From Macrostomum lignano (lineage: Eukaryota): 64,000 nucleotides of DNA. This document shows positions 1 to 44,264 of this stretch, in pieces (within the stretch, counting starts at the first letter, position 1; the number at the start of each line of letters is the position of its first letter). The translations under genes and the position numbers were made by a program. The stretch is taken from NCBI GenBank assembly GCA_002269645.1, contig NIVC01000841.1, positions 62,001 to 126,000 of the forward strand. The letters run 5' to 3'. The notes under the pieces were generated by a model. The model was not told where the DNA came from. It was given only the letters and a program-made list of their open reading frames with translations, and made no database searches.

Positions 1-369
1 ATTTGATATTAAAATTGAGACAATAAAAATATTATGATGCTAAGGATATTACTGAATATTAGCATTTAGTGTGTGAAGTAGCTGAATTAGGATGAAAAAT
101 AAGCAAATTTAAGAGAATTTTATGGTACCAAAATGATAAAACTTGAGTTCTATTGTTTTTTATAAAAATAAGTTCTAAGGTTCTTCTTTCATGATGTTCA
201 GGGAATTTGTGACAGATTAGTGATCTATAAGATGAGTGTGGTTTAGACTTGTGACACATTGAGGCCTATGAGATAAGAGTGGTTTGAGATGAGATGAGAT
301 AAGAGCAGTTTGAACTTGTGACGGATTAGTAATCTATGAGATGAGAGTGGTTTGATCTTGTGACTTCTT

Positions 370-1060
370 GTGACTTGTGATTTCTTTTTATTTGTATATC
401 TTTTATCTCTTTTCTTTTATCTTACTTCTCCCATTCTTACTTTCTTTTTTCTTTGTCTATCATCCTTTCTCTCCTCTTTTCTCTCTCCTTTCTCCTTTTT
501 CCACTTTGATTTTCTCTCCTCTCTTCTCTTGCTTTTTTCTCCTTTCTTTTCTCTCCCCTCCTATCTTTCTTCCCTTTCTTGTCTTCCCTATTCTCTCCCT
601 CTTCTCAATGCCCTCTTTTCTTCTCTTTTTTCGTCTGTCTCTTCTTTCCTTTCTCCTTTCTACTCACTTTTTTCTCCCCTTTTTAGTTCATTCTCCTCTT
701 GCTTCACATAGAGCAAACCTATGATAGCCAATAGTTAGTAAATTTAAAAACCCCTTTATATTAGCCAGATATAGTTAGAGGTTAGGGCAGTTGATATGCT
801 AACAGGAGTAGTCATACATGCCCAACCTCAAAATTTCCCCTGTCTGGTGTGACTTAGTTCCTCCTGATTGCAACTTAGTTCCTCTTGATTGCGACTTATT
901 TTCCCTGATTGCAACTTAATCTTCACTTTGTATGACATTTCTTGCCTTTTCTCTTTTATTCTCTTTCCCCCCCTCTTTTCTCCTTCCTTTTTTCCCTTTT
1001 CTTTTCCTTTCCTTTCTTCTTTCCCCAATTTTTCCTTTTTTGCGTTTTTGATTTTGCGAC
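370..1060. repeat. CT-rich low-complexity tracts (370-720, 930-1060) with a 4x ~21-bp repeat (acttagttcctcctgattgca) at ~850-920
   Basis: Composition read directly; the F/S/L-rich ORFs here are artefacts. Confidence 0.8.
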
Positions 1061-2202
1061 TTACCTTGGCCAGTGGCCATTTCACCTGTCTGGCCATTTC
1101 ACCTGCCTGTGAAATTTTTAGTATTCTTACCATTTTATTTAATAAATTTTACATGCAGTATAATTAAAAAGACATCTTTTAAAAATTAATCAAGTATTTC
1201 TAATAAAATAAAATTTAATAATATATTTTGCCTATTAGGCACCATGTCCTATGATCAGTTTTGCCTATTACCTTGTTTTTTTTACTAATATTTTGGATAT
1301 AATTTCTTCAACTTCATTTAACCAATTTTTGTACCCAATAGGCCTATACCATTCAAACCTAGGCCTAAGGCACATGACCAAGATGGCCATACACCATGAT
1401 GGCCATAGATCTATATGTCTAAATTAAAATAAAAAATAATGAGTATAGGTCTATATATTTTACTCATTTCCATTTTCCTTTTGGTAATAATTAGAAAGAT
1501 AGATGCTAAAATGGAATTATATTATATTATAATCATTCCCTTTGTTTTAGGCCTAGCATTTATTGTAGCTTGACCTATAGATGTTTATTTACTAAATAAA
1601 GCAAGTAGCCAAACATATAATAAATACCTTGTTGCATATTTAGGTATCTTATTATTGCATAGCATTATTATTAGCAATGGTTTCTTAATAAACTGATAGT
1701 GATATATTTGATATATATGGCCTTATGGGAATAAATTGGCATAAACACTAAAAAGATTGAAGTTTTTATATTATGAATAGGCCCTAATTCATTTCAAATC
1801 TATTATTGTATCAGTATTTAAAAATATGATTGATTAAAACAAAATAGTGCATGATAATAAAACAATAGCTACTAAGTTGCTAATTATTATTAAAGAAAAA
1901 GCAGATATAATAGAGATATAATGTTATGGCTATGGCCATCTTGGTCTTATACCAGGCCTAAGCCCTGGGTTTATTTTTTGTATGCAGAGTTTGCATTATA
2001 TTTATCCTAAATTTAAAAATCACACCCTGAAATTTAAAACTAGGTAGGGGCCTATAGTTTAGGTGTAGTCTCATAACATTTTTTCCATTGAAGCCTCATT
2101 TGCACTTATGCTTGGGCACAACTTAGGGATTCACCTGGCCATTTCTATTGGCAATATGTGATGTATCTATGATGGACAGAATAGTAGTCACGTGACTGCT
2201 CT

Positions 2203-2826
2203 TAGAGGTCGGACAGGATCCCAATCCCAAAATCTCGGGATCCCAAGGAAAATTGAATTCCCGCGGGACCAGAATCCCAACCCTAAAAGGAAAATGAATC
2301 TGAAAATTAACATAATGTAAGTAACGATGCGTTTTGCACTCCTAGGTGCATCTTCAGGTTTATTTTTTCAGGTTTTTTCAGGTTTAGATACACCTAGGAG
2401 TGCAAAACGCGTTGTTACTTACATTATATTGATTTTCGGATTCATTTTCCTTTTACTAGCCAAGCGAGCTACACTACCTGATTCCCAACCCTAAAAAACT
2501 TGAGATTTGGGAACAGGTCTTTTGATTAAAAATTTATAGAATTAGTGATTACTTGAAGGTATTTTGCTTTAACTTGTACTCGTTACATTATTTACTTTGT
2601 TGGTTATAAAACTTCATATCAATTTCATTTCATTGTATGTCTTGACAATCTTTTCTCAATTTTGTTTAACTTTATATGGACAAGATACACTAAAAGACTT
2701 AAATCTAAAGACTAAAAGACTTAGATCCTAATTCTCGAATCTCGATCCCGATCCCGATCCCAAGAAAAAAATTATTCCCGATCCCAATCCTGATTGATCC
2801 AAGATTACAATCCTGTCCAACCTCTA
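2203..2826. mobile_element. Non-autonomous hAT-type DNA transposon (MITE), 624 bp
   Basis: 17-bp TIRs TAGAGGTCGGACAGGAT (2203-2219) and ATCCTGTCCAACCTCTA (2810-2826), 1 mismatch. Perfect 8-bp TSD ACTGCTCT at 2195-2202 and 2827-2834. Subterminal ATCCC(A/G) repeats. An 8-bp TSD with short TAG-starting TIRs is the hAT signature. Confidence 0.9.
2284..2455. repeat. Foldback: 70-bp inverted arms (2284-2353 / 2386-2455) around a 32-bp loop, nested inside the hAT MITE
   Basis: Arms read as reverse complements with a few mismatches. TCCCAACCCTAAAA is directly repeated at 2275-2288 and 2483-2496. Confidence 0.85.
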
Positions 2827-3931
2827 ACTGCTCTCAACCAATAGCAACTTACATGTGTATGTTGCTAATATAAATGGCCAAGTAATTCCCAAGGTTGCGC
2901 ATGTATGCATTGTTTGCACTGCCTTTAAATAAGAAAAAAGAGAAATTGCACTCTGAGCCTTACAATTGCACCCTAAAAGTGAGCATAGGATGCAATTTTT
3001 CACCTTGTCTTTGGCAAAAAAGAAAACCCTGCCTAGGCCTATGCTCTAGCTCTTCTAAATTCAAATCAAAACATTGAAATTTTGCTAGCAGTTGAGTTGG
3101 TGTTTATGTGCTACTACTAGCTTAGTATAGTACTAAGCCCTAGACCTAGTAAGGCATAATGCATAGCCCTAGCCTAGGCCCTAGGCCTAGTATTTGGCCT
3201 GGCCATATATGTTAAGCTAGGCCTAGGCCTACTAGTCTATACTAGACCTACACCTACCCCCATAAGCCTCAGCAAAGTGTAGCACTTGTAGGTCTATAAA
3301 GTTAGACCAAAAAAGACACTGAGCAAACGCAAAGCAATTAGGCCTAACAACAATAGTAACATACATTTAAATTCAAATTAAATTTTGATAGGCCCTAGCA
3401 TAGATAGACCCCGGCCCATAAAAGCCTAGCTACTGCCTAACCCTGTCCCTGCCTTGCTTAAGTAATGTTGTCTTAAGTGACAGCCTGAGCTCTATAAAGA
3501 ATATTTAAAACATTCTATGCATCTAGATTTCATCTATTGTGAGTCACTGATATTCAAAGTTTACGTCAATGTTCACCATTTTTACCGTAAATAACTGCAC
3601 AGGGCAGAGGTCTCTGAGCTACAACAAGAAATAAAACCGGTATTACGAACTAGATCCATGCCGTCTAAGAATCAATGGCTGGCTCGTACCTGTAGGCAGC
3701 ACGAAAATACATTATTCAAACCTTTAGTGCCTGTAACTAGGCTTACTCTGAAGCCGCTTTCAATTTATTTGTCTATTCGGAGCATCCTATTGTTAAAATA
3801 CATCAATTGAATCCATTTTAAGTACGATAATAAAAAGCGGTCCAGGTTTTATTTTAGTTCCGGTCTGTATCGGACTCGGACAGTAATGCTATAGAAATAT
3901 CAAATATGCATTTCTATCTTGGCTGTCCTGG

Positions 3932-4388
3932 GGTAAGGGGTAAAACACTACCCGAAAAATGGGGTAACAGGCTACTATACCCGATGATTTTAGGCGTCTA
4001 CCCGCTTCAAATCGTCCAGAAAATGCGCCTAACCTATGCAGCTTCTAGTGTGGATTTTTTTAGGTGAAAAACTGAAAGATTATGATGAAATTCACGTTTA
4101 TTTTTGTTGGTAGTGTTTTACTCCAAAAAGCTACCCAAAACTACCCGACCCCTACCCCCGTCATTGAGAATCGAAAATCAATAGCTAAGCTTACTTTTAC
4201 ATCTTCTGCCATAATGTATAATACCAAATGGTTTTAACGTGCATGAGCAAAGTTAGGGTAATGGGTAAATTCCACACTAGAAGCTGCATAGGTTAGGCGC
4301 ATTTTCTGGACGATTTGAAGCGGGTAGACGCCTAAAATCATCGGGTAGCCTGTTACCCCATTTTTCGGGTAGTGTTTTACCCCTTACC
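3932..4388. mobile_element. Mutator(MULE)-like MITE, 457 bp, ~120-bp TIRs
   Basis: Long near-perfect TIRs GGTAAGGGGTAAAACACTACCCG... and ...CGGGTAGTGTTTTACCCCTTACC. 9-bp TSD CTGTCCTGG at 3923-3931 and 4389-4397. Long G-starting TIRs with a 9-bp TSD fit MULEs; a 7-bp TSD reading with ends 3931/4389 is also possible. Confidence 0.8.
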
Positions 4389-4895
4389 CTGTCCTGGTAT
4401 TCGAAACATATCAACCACTTAAATCCCATCAATTAAAAAAAATTTGCACCTGCATGCAAGAGCAATTTAAAAAGCTATGAAAGCTGTAGTACAATATACA
4501 TTTAGTTTTAGGTGAGCCATCCTTGGCTTGTAGCGTGATCCCTAAAAATGATTTTTGGTTATATCGTATCTAGCTTTATAAAAGTATCCACATGCAAGTG
4601 AATAGCACTTTCTAGCTTTATTAGCCGTTAAACTCCCGCACACATTATACCACTCGAAATGTTCCACAATTGTAGAATTTTTTCTATGAAATGTCACATC
4701 ATTTTGCAACTAACACACACTGAATCGCTTTCCGATCGGAATACATGCCTGTACGCGTTCATGTAAACGCTAAGCCATATGGATTATATTTGACAGTATC
4801 TTAAAGTGCATGCTGAGAGGAAAAAAAAGTGTTCACATCTATCACTCGACATGACGAAGGGAGCATGAAGGTGTGCAGGCATGCGTGTGTATTTT

Positions 4896-5192
4896 GAATT
4901 CAAAGTTATATTATGTGAGTTTCGCAGATTCAAAATATTGCAAAATTGTTAGTGTGTGTTCAAGCCCAAGCCATTTTATATTTTATGTCATAAATCCTGC
5001 GTTGTCAAAGTCAACTTGCTTTAATATCAGCCTCCCCTCGTTCTCAAATATAAAGCTCTTGCCCGGCCCTGTTGAGTATTCATCTGCGAATATCATACAT
5101 GAATTCTTGCCTGCACAACTAGTGCGTGCTATGGTCACAACAGAATTCAAAGTTATATTATGTGAGTTTCGAAGATTCAAAATATTGCAAAA
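4896..5192. repeat. 50-bp direct repeat pair (4896-4945, 5143-5192)
   Basis: gaattcaaagttatattatgtgagtttcg(c/a)agattcaaaatattgcaaaa occurs twice with 1 mismatch. Confidence 0.85.
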
Positions 5193-6037
5193 CATTGGAA
5201 CAATAAATAAAATTTTCCTTCCGCTGACTCGCCCAAATCTTCTTATAATCAACTATACATAATTCGAAATTCATGATTTTCGTCGAAATTCACTCTGATT
5301 CCCGGAGTGCAGATAACTGCTTACACTTTCGTATCGGAAATTGACTCAGTCGTCCATTACAGCTTGGCTACAGGCCGGCTTGAGTGAAGAGAGTTGCACT
5401 GGGCTTGTTCATGTGAATTATTAAGACAGATTACATTATTACTTCTACAGCGATGGCCTGTGACGCCTGACAGGACCGAGGAAGATTATCGGATAAATGA
5501 AAGCCTTATTACACTAACTTGCTCATAGCTTTCCTCTGTCTCCTTTTCTCCCTATCTCTATCTCCCCCCTTTTTACTTCTCTGTCTCCCTACCTTTCTCT
5601 CCTAACTCCCTACCTCCCTCTCTCTTCTACGCTCTGCCTTCCTCTGTCCCCTAACTCTCTTTCTCTCTCTCTCTCTCCTGTCTATCTATCTCTTTTGTAT
5701 AAATTATGGATTTTTTGCGCTACAATCAACTGGGTAATCAAGGAGATTGCCGACATCAACACGGATTAATCGAGGCTAAATTTTAAGCTGAGAATCTGCT
5801 TATAGCTCTGTTCGAGTTAGCAAGCTCAAGGGCCAATAACAAAGATGATGCGCTTAAGAAATTCTTTTTATCTTTCGCATGCAAGAAATATGGGTTCAGA
5901 TGTTGTCAAATGCGAGAGGTCGGATTTCTTTATTGCCATGAAGGTACTAATCGGCTGAGGAATTTGAAGACAAGCACGAAAACGCATTGGATATCAAAAA
6001 TAATCATGAGAAGCCGTTCTTGCTTTTATTTCGACAA

Positions 6038-6508
<471 letters not shown>

Positions 6509-6509
6509 A

Positions 6510-7887
6510 AACGCAAGAAAAATCCGCCTCAGAAGATCTCAGGGTAAAGAAAAGCCTTTGAAGAAGAGGCAGAAGACGTCAAAGCCAAGCTCCGGAGGCC
6601 AGTGGCAGGGCCAGTGATTAGTTGGCTGAGCCCTAGGCTGTCGGATGGTCCGCTTGGTCACTCAATTTTTGGCGTAGTATCAGTCAGTCCTCTAATGGAG
6701 TGCACAAAAGACTTGCATTATTCAGGCGCAGCCTCAGGAGAGACAGGAGGTAGATAGCATAGACAGTCCGCTTATCAATTATCGTGTGGTGGACTCTCTC
6801 TCTAACCCTCTCATCTCTCTTCCACCCCTCATCCCCATGCATTTTCCTGTGCTCCCATCCATCCGCTTGTTACTTTGGCGTTCGGGAATGCCATTTTTGC
6901 TAAGTTACGTGGCGCAGGGACAGAACATGAGAACCATCATCCGCATATGCAAATGTATAGACGCAGCGTCTAATATCCGATGGCGAACGAAGCCTAATGA
7001 AACCCGACATGAGCGATCTGGGGAGGCATAGACTTTTGGTGAGCTAATTGAGTTTCATGCCAGAATCAGTGTCAGTTTGTGGCCCTCCAAATAGAGACAT
7101 TATCTGTCTAGTGTCATAGTGTCTTAGTGTCTTCGTGTCTTAGTGTCCTAGTGTCCTGTGTCCTAATGTCCTACTGTCCCTAGTGTCTTAGTAGTTTCCT
7201 AGTGTCCTAGGTAGTGTCCTAGCGAGTCTTTAACACCTCGATGAGCTTGGCCTCGTGGCGCTGCCGCCGCTCGTTTGCTCTGGATCCCGTGCCGTCACGT
7301 GACCAGATGCCGGTGACAGCGAAGTCCGCCAGACTGTGGCCATCACTGGTGAAATGGCGGGCCACCGGAGTGTCGCGGGCGTGCCGGATGTCGCCGATGT
7401 GCGCCAGCATGCGGCCGCGGATGCTGATGGCGGTCTTGCCTACGTAGACCGTGTGGTCGCACCGGCGACAGAACACAGCGTAGACGGCGTTGGTGGCGTT
7501 GCAGTCGATCCGCTGACTGATGATGAGCTGGACTGTCGTGGCTGCTGATCCGGGGCAGACGGAGGCGAACCTGGCGTGTGGCTGGCAGCACCTGCACAGC
7601 CGGGTCGGGTTGCACGGCAGAAAGCCGAATTCCCACCGTCTCGTCGGGTAGAAGCCCAGCTCCGTCAGCATCTCGTACTTAATCGTGCGCAGGAACCGCC
7701 GATTGTAGCCCTGGTGCTGCACCAGACCTGAAAACAGCCCGGTGCACGCTGCGTCGAAGTCGGCCATCCAAGAGCACCGCCGGGCGTATCTGAGGAGCTG
7801 GGACTTCACCACGCCCCGGAACGTCCGCTTCGGGTGGAAAGAGTCGCGGTGAATGAGCGTTCGGCTGTCGGTCGGCTTGAAATACAC
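6510..7887 (-). mobile_element. 5'-truncated Penelope-like retroelement: RT thumb + Cys-rich linker + GIY-YIG endonuclease (7887-7219), followed by a 3' non-coding/pseudo-LTR region
   Basis: The ORF contains YFKPTD..L...S.HP....(V)KSQLLR..R.CS (PLE RT C-terminus), PC...RLCRCC (linker typical of Neptune-like PLEs), and C.ATNAVYAVFC.RC...YVGKT...RGRM..H....R......VARHF....H ... R...E...I..LKT (PLE GIY-YIG). It is truncated exactly at the (CTGT)n array. The extent of the 3' non-coding part is inferred. Confidence 0.9.
7219..7887 (-). pseudogene. Penelope-like RT-thumb/GIY-YIG coding remnant (222 aa, no true start)
   Basis: Uninterrupted frame with the motifs listed above; the catalytic RT core is missing. 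Confidence 0.88.
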
Positions 7888-7888
7888 C

Positions 7889-7983
<95 letters not shown>

Positions 7984-8010
7984 GTTTCTGTCTGTCTGTC
8001 TGTCTGTCTA

Positions 8011-8087
<77 letters not shown>
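7888..8087 (+). repeat. (CTGT)n microsatellite
   Basis: Direct reading. Confidence 0.98.
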
Positions 8088-8212
8088 ATGCATGCTGACC
8101 TACACATTCGCGCGTTAGCTTAAAGGTCATCAGCTGTGGGTGTTTTCCCAAACACACACTATTGACAATAAACTCATTCTAAATCCACAGAATCGTTTTT
8201 GCTTTCTCAGCA

Positions 8213-8219
8213 AGAGAGA

Positions 8220-8277
<58 letters not shown>
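8213..8277 (+). repeat. (AG)n microsatellite
   Basis: Direct reading. Confidence 0.95.
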
Positions 8278-8278
<1 letters not shown>

Positions 8279-9103
8279 GTGTTATATTTTCTTGTCGCCG
8301 CCCAAACCGCGATTGGATTTCGGATTTCCCCATCAAACTGACCAACGCTGTGGGTGGGGAGACTGGGCGGTCGTGGGCGGTCGTGTTTAATGAGTGTAGG
8401 ATCACTGGGGGGGGGGTTTGCGGTTGGTTATGGAAAGAATATGGATGATGACGATAGGAGGGGAAGAGAAGAATCCTAGTTTTCTATCCCTCTATGAGTA
8501 CGCCTATACGATATTCCCAACTGTGACTTCGACTATACTAGTTTTAGTTGCCATACCCGCAGGCTGTTTGGCTGGAAGAGAGTGTATGGGGCTGGCGGGG
8601 GGGGGTGTCGCGGATCCCCTCCCCTTGAACTGCGCACAGGGCGCACAGGGTAGAGGATATTTCTTCCCTTACGCCCTTGCTGCAGAACTGCGTCCTTAGC
8701 TGTTGGCTAGGAGAAGATTTGGCCTCCTCTTTCTCTCTTCCTCCCCTCTTCTTTGAACGGCGAGGCCCTGCCTGCTCCCCCGTCGGCCAATGGAACAGCG
8801 GAGGCCTGCAGAGTAGCGGCGGATGCTCTTGGCGGCGGTGCTCGCAGCTGGTTGCCTTGGCTGGTCTCCCGCGCTTGGGGTCTCGTGGGGGCGCCGAGAC
8901 CCATCCCCACTGCTACTGAGGCGATAAGACGGCTGGCGCGTTGTTAAAGATTTCGCGTGTTGAAGAAGATTCTCGAATTTTTGCTTCTTCTGCTGGGACC
9001 GATTTTTGCCGATTGGAAACAGCAGCAGCTGAGCAGCTGGGAGGACTTCGGAGCTAGCGGCGATCCCCCTGCTTGACGAGGTGCGTGACAGGTTGGCCTC
9101 CCA

Positions 9104-9415
<312 letters not shown>

Positions 9416-10009
9416 TATCTTGCACACTATTACTGCTCCATTGTGAGTCTCATTTCTGGTCTGAAGACAGCGGTCGCAAGAACAGATGTGTGGCTCAATG
9501 CAGTCCCTGACAATGGAACACAATGCAGGTTCACCTCTCTCTCTCTCACCTAGTTGCCCATGAAGAACAGATCGATTTATTTAACTTTCTACCCCCGCTA
9601 CTTTAACAGTTAAGAGGTTCCATGATCCTAAAAATACCCTTTGCTGTTTAGTTTCTACTTTTTTCTTTGAGCAGATTTTCCCATACAGGCCAGCTTAGCT
9701 GACCTCAGAACCGCTAGCGCAGACAGTTGCTAAGCAGGCCGCGCAAAGCTGTTTTGTCTAAGAGGGTTAGTAGCGAAGCTTTTACTTCACTACTGCTATG
9801 CTTGTGGGCATGTGTTTTGCTTGATCATTATCTAATCTTTCTGCTGACTGAAAGAAGAAAGTCAAAGACTTTTAATCACCGTTTGCTGCCACGTTTTAAT
9901 GTAGCAATTAGCTAGATTGCTTTTAGCTGAGTTATCGTTTCATCTCTTTGGCTTTAGCGGGTTTTGTAGCAAATTGGCGCGAACAATGGACTCGGGTGCC
10001 AGTAGAGCT

Positions 10010-11170
10010 ACCCTAGGTGTCAGGGGGTGCTACTCTGTGTCATGGAGTGCTACTCTAGGAGTCAGGGGGTGCTACTCTAGATGTCAGGGGTGCTACTCTA
10101 GATGTCAGGGGTGCTACTCTAGATGTCAGGGGGTGCTACTCTAGATGTCAGGGGTGCTACTCTAGATGTCAGGGGTGCTACTCTAGATGTCAGGGGTGCT
10201 ACTCTAGGTGTCAGGGGTGCTACTTTAGGTGTCAGGGGTGCTACTTTAGGTGTCAGGGGTGCTACTCTAGGTGTCAGGGGTGCTACTCTAGGTGTCAGGG
10301 GGTGCTACTCTAGGTGTCAGGGGTGCTACTCTAGGTGTCAGGGGTGCTACTCTAGGTGTCAGGGGTGCTACTCTGTGTCATGGGGTGCTACTTTAGGTGT
10401 CAGGGGTGCTACTCTAGGTGTCAGGGGTGCTACTCTGTGTCATGGGGTGCTACTCTAAGTGTCAGGGGTGCTGCTCTGTGTCATGGGGTGCTACTCTAGG
10501 TGTCAGGGGTGCTGCTCTGTGTCATGGGGTGCTACTCTGTGTCATGGGGTGCTACTCTGTGTCATGGGGTGCTACTCTGTGTCATGGGGTGCTACTCTGT
10601 GTCATGGGGTGCTACTCTGTGTCATGGGGTGCTACTCTGTGTCATGGGGTGCTACTCTAGGTGTCAGGGGTGCTGCTCTGTGTCATGGGGTGCTACTCTA
10701 GGTGTCAGAGGTGCTACTCTAGGTGTCATGGGGTGCTACTTTAGGTGTCAGAGGTGCTACTCTATGTCATGGGGTGCTACTCTAGGTGTCAGGGGTGCCA
10801 CTCTGTGTCATGGGGTGCTACTCTAGGTGTCAGGGGGTGCTACTCTAGGTGTCAGGGGTGCTACTCTGTGTCATGGGGTGCTGCTACTCTAGGTGTCAGG
10901 GGGTGCTACTCTAGGTGTCAGGGGTGCTACTCTAGGTGTCAGGGGTGCTACTCTAGGTGTCAGGGGTGCTGCTCTGTGTCATGGGGTGCTACTCTAGGTG
11001 TCATGGGGTGCTACTCTAGGTGTCAGGGGTACTGCTCTGTGTCATGGGGTGCTACTCTAGGTGTCAGGGGGTGCTACTCTAGGTGTCAGGGGGTGCTACT
11101 CTAGGTGTCATGGGGTGCTACTCTAGGTGTCAGGGGGTTCTACTCTAGGTGTCAGGGGTGCTACTCTAGG
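10010..11170 (+). repeat. 19-21-bp minisatellite ggggtgctactctaggtgtca / ggggtgctactctgtgtcat
   Basis: About 55 variant units read directly. Confidence 0.95.
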
Positions 11171-11521
11171 GCGGTAAGTGGACCCTTAATTAACCCTTAA
11201 ATGCCACTAAAAGTTATAGTCCTTTACAATGCTATTTTATGTAACTAACTAGCAAGCTAGTTCGGGCAAGCTAAATACTCTTACAACAGGTGCCTACAGG
11301 CTCTAGCTGCAGTCTCATCTTGGCTACTCAACGACTGTTAGGCATCATTAGCAAAAGACTCAGCTCCTACTCTTCACTTGAAGCTTGAAGTTGATGACAA
11401 GCCAAGTTGGATTGCTTTGGGAATAGGTTTCTTTTCACGGAAAAGCTCATTCATAATCCTGCATCCCATCACATCACACCCCATCCAACCGCACCCCCCC
11501 CCGTTTCAGTTTTTCGTCGCT

Positions 11522-42636
<31,115 letters not shown>

Positions 42637-44264
42637 TTGGCAGAGCCAATAGCTGCCCGATAACTCAAATTCCAGCGGATGATCTCGGCAGACAATAAAT
42701 TTAGTATTACAAGTCATTTTCCTTCGTTGTTGTTGTCTTTTATCATGAGCTACGAAATTTCGCATATTTTGGGAATCGGATTAAAAAATCCGAGGTTAAA
42801 AATCCTTGAGATTCATGCATGGCAATTGAGGGTATTTAAGTTTGACATATTTGCATTTTTTTAATTAACACACGGAAATTGATTTTTAACTTTCATAAGG
42901 TTTAAAATACCTTTTGTTTTAAATATTAGTAAACTCAACATTAAGTTATTTAAATATTTAAATTAAAACTAACAAACAATTTTAATGCAATGAAGTAGTT
43001 ACGACAAATTTATCCGAGAAATAACAATAATAAAATTATAAAATATTGACTTCCGAATACACCTTCTTGTACCCACTCTGTACCATAAGGTACTTCTGCG
43101 AGTTTTTGTTACAAATTACATGTATTTCCGTGTTTTGAAAAAACAAGGTACAAAAACTTTGTACCATCTATATTGATGGTATTGATAGCTATAGAGGGCA
43201 TTTTACAGTTATAGATTGACTTAAAAGCTATTGATGTCACAATACAAAAATTAATTTCACAGTATAATAATTGATGGTAATTAGTACAGTACGCATATTG
43301 TTCATATACAATCAGTATTGAAATTATTAAGCATGGCTGGTTATGCTTCATCCACACGTATATGCCTTTCTATTATAAATTTATAACTTTTCTTTAGTAA
43401 CTAATTAAAACAAATTTAAATTACCAAACAAAGTTCAAATGACTAATCTAATTTTACTACCAATTATTAATTAAAGTCTACAGCGTTCTGTTGTATACTG
43501 TACTTCAAATGTACCTTTTACAGTTGTAAATTAAATATTTATGCATCGTAGAAAATTCTTTGATAAGAATTGTAATAATTTCTCCAATGGTAAATGTTGT
43601 TAAGATGAGAACATATCAGCACTGCTTCAATAAGATATATAAAAATATTTTGTTTTGCATGTTTGTTTTGATTTTCATCTTGTTTGTTATTCTGTCTGCG
43701 CACAATAAAATTGAATTGGCGCCTGAGAATTCGTTAATTGTTGAGCTATGAGAAAAAATCGAACTATATATACATACTTAATTATTAACTCAATTATGTC
43801 TTCTGCTGTGTTGGATTGCCGATATGAAATTTATCAAAACTGACAAAAGTATACTAATTTTTAATACTGTTTTGTTATACTGAACTCAATTAATATTTAC
43901 CTTTATTTAAACTCTTTTTTTGACAAGCTACGTACAGCTGGAGTTACGCATCATATAAGTTAAATTACACACTTCAAGCTCCCGTGTGACTCGAGAAATA
44001 AAAATAAGACAAAATTATTCGAGATGAGATTGCAATTCCCATTAGCAAAGCGAAGCAAATTATTAGCTTAAAAGAGATTTTAAACCAAAATAAGCCATAG
44101 ACAGCAAGGCAGCGAAACAGATAGCAAATTATTGTCTATGTCAGCTCGGCTACCTCTGGCAGATTAGAGTACGAACAGTGAGGTCGTATATGATCTGAAT
44201 CGGGTGGCACAAATCCTCAGCCGCTAACCGCGGACTACCGCAAGAGATCAATCTAAAAGCAATC

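Noticed and set aside
3560-3830. Chain of plausible minus-strand splice sites
   Set aside because: The largest candidate exon has stops in all three frames, and no coherent protein results.
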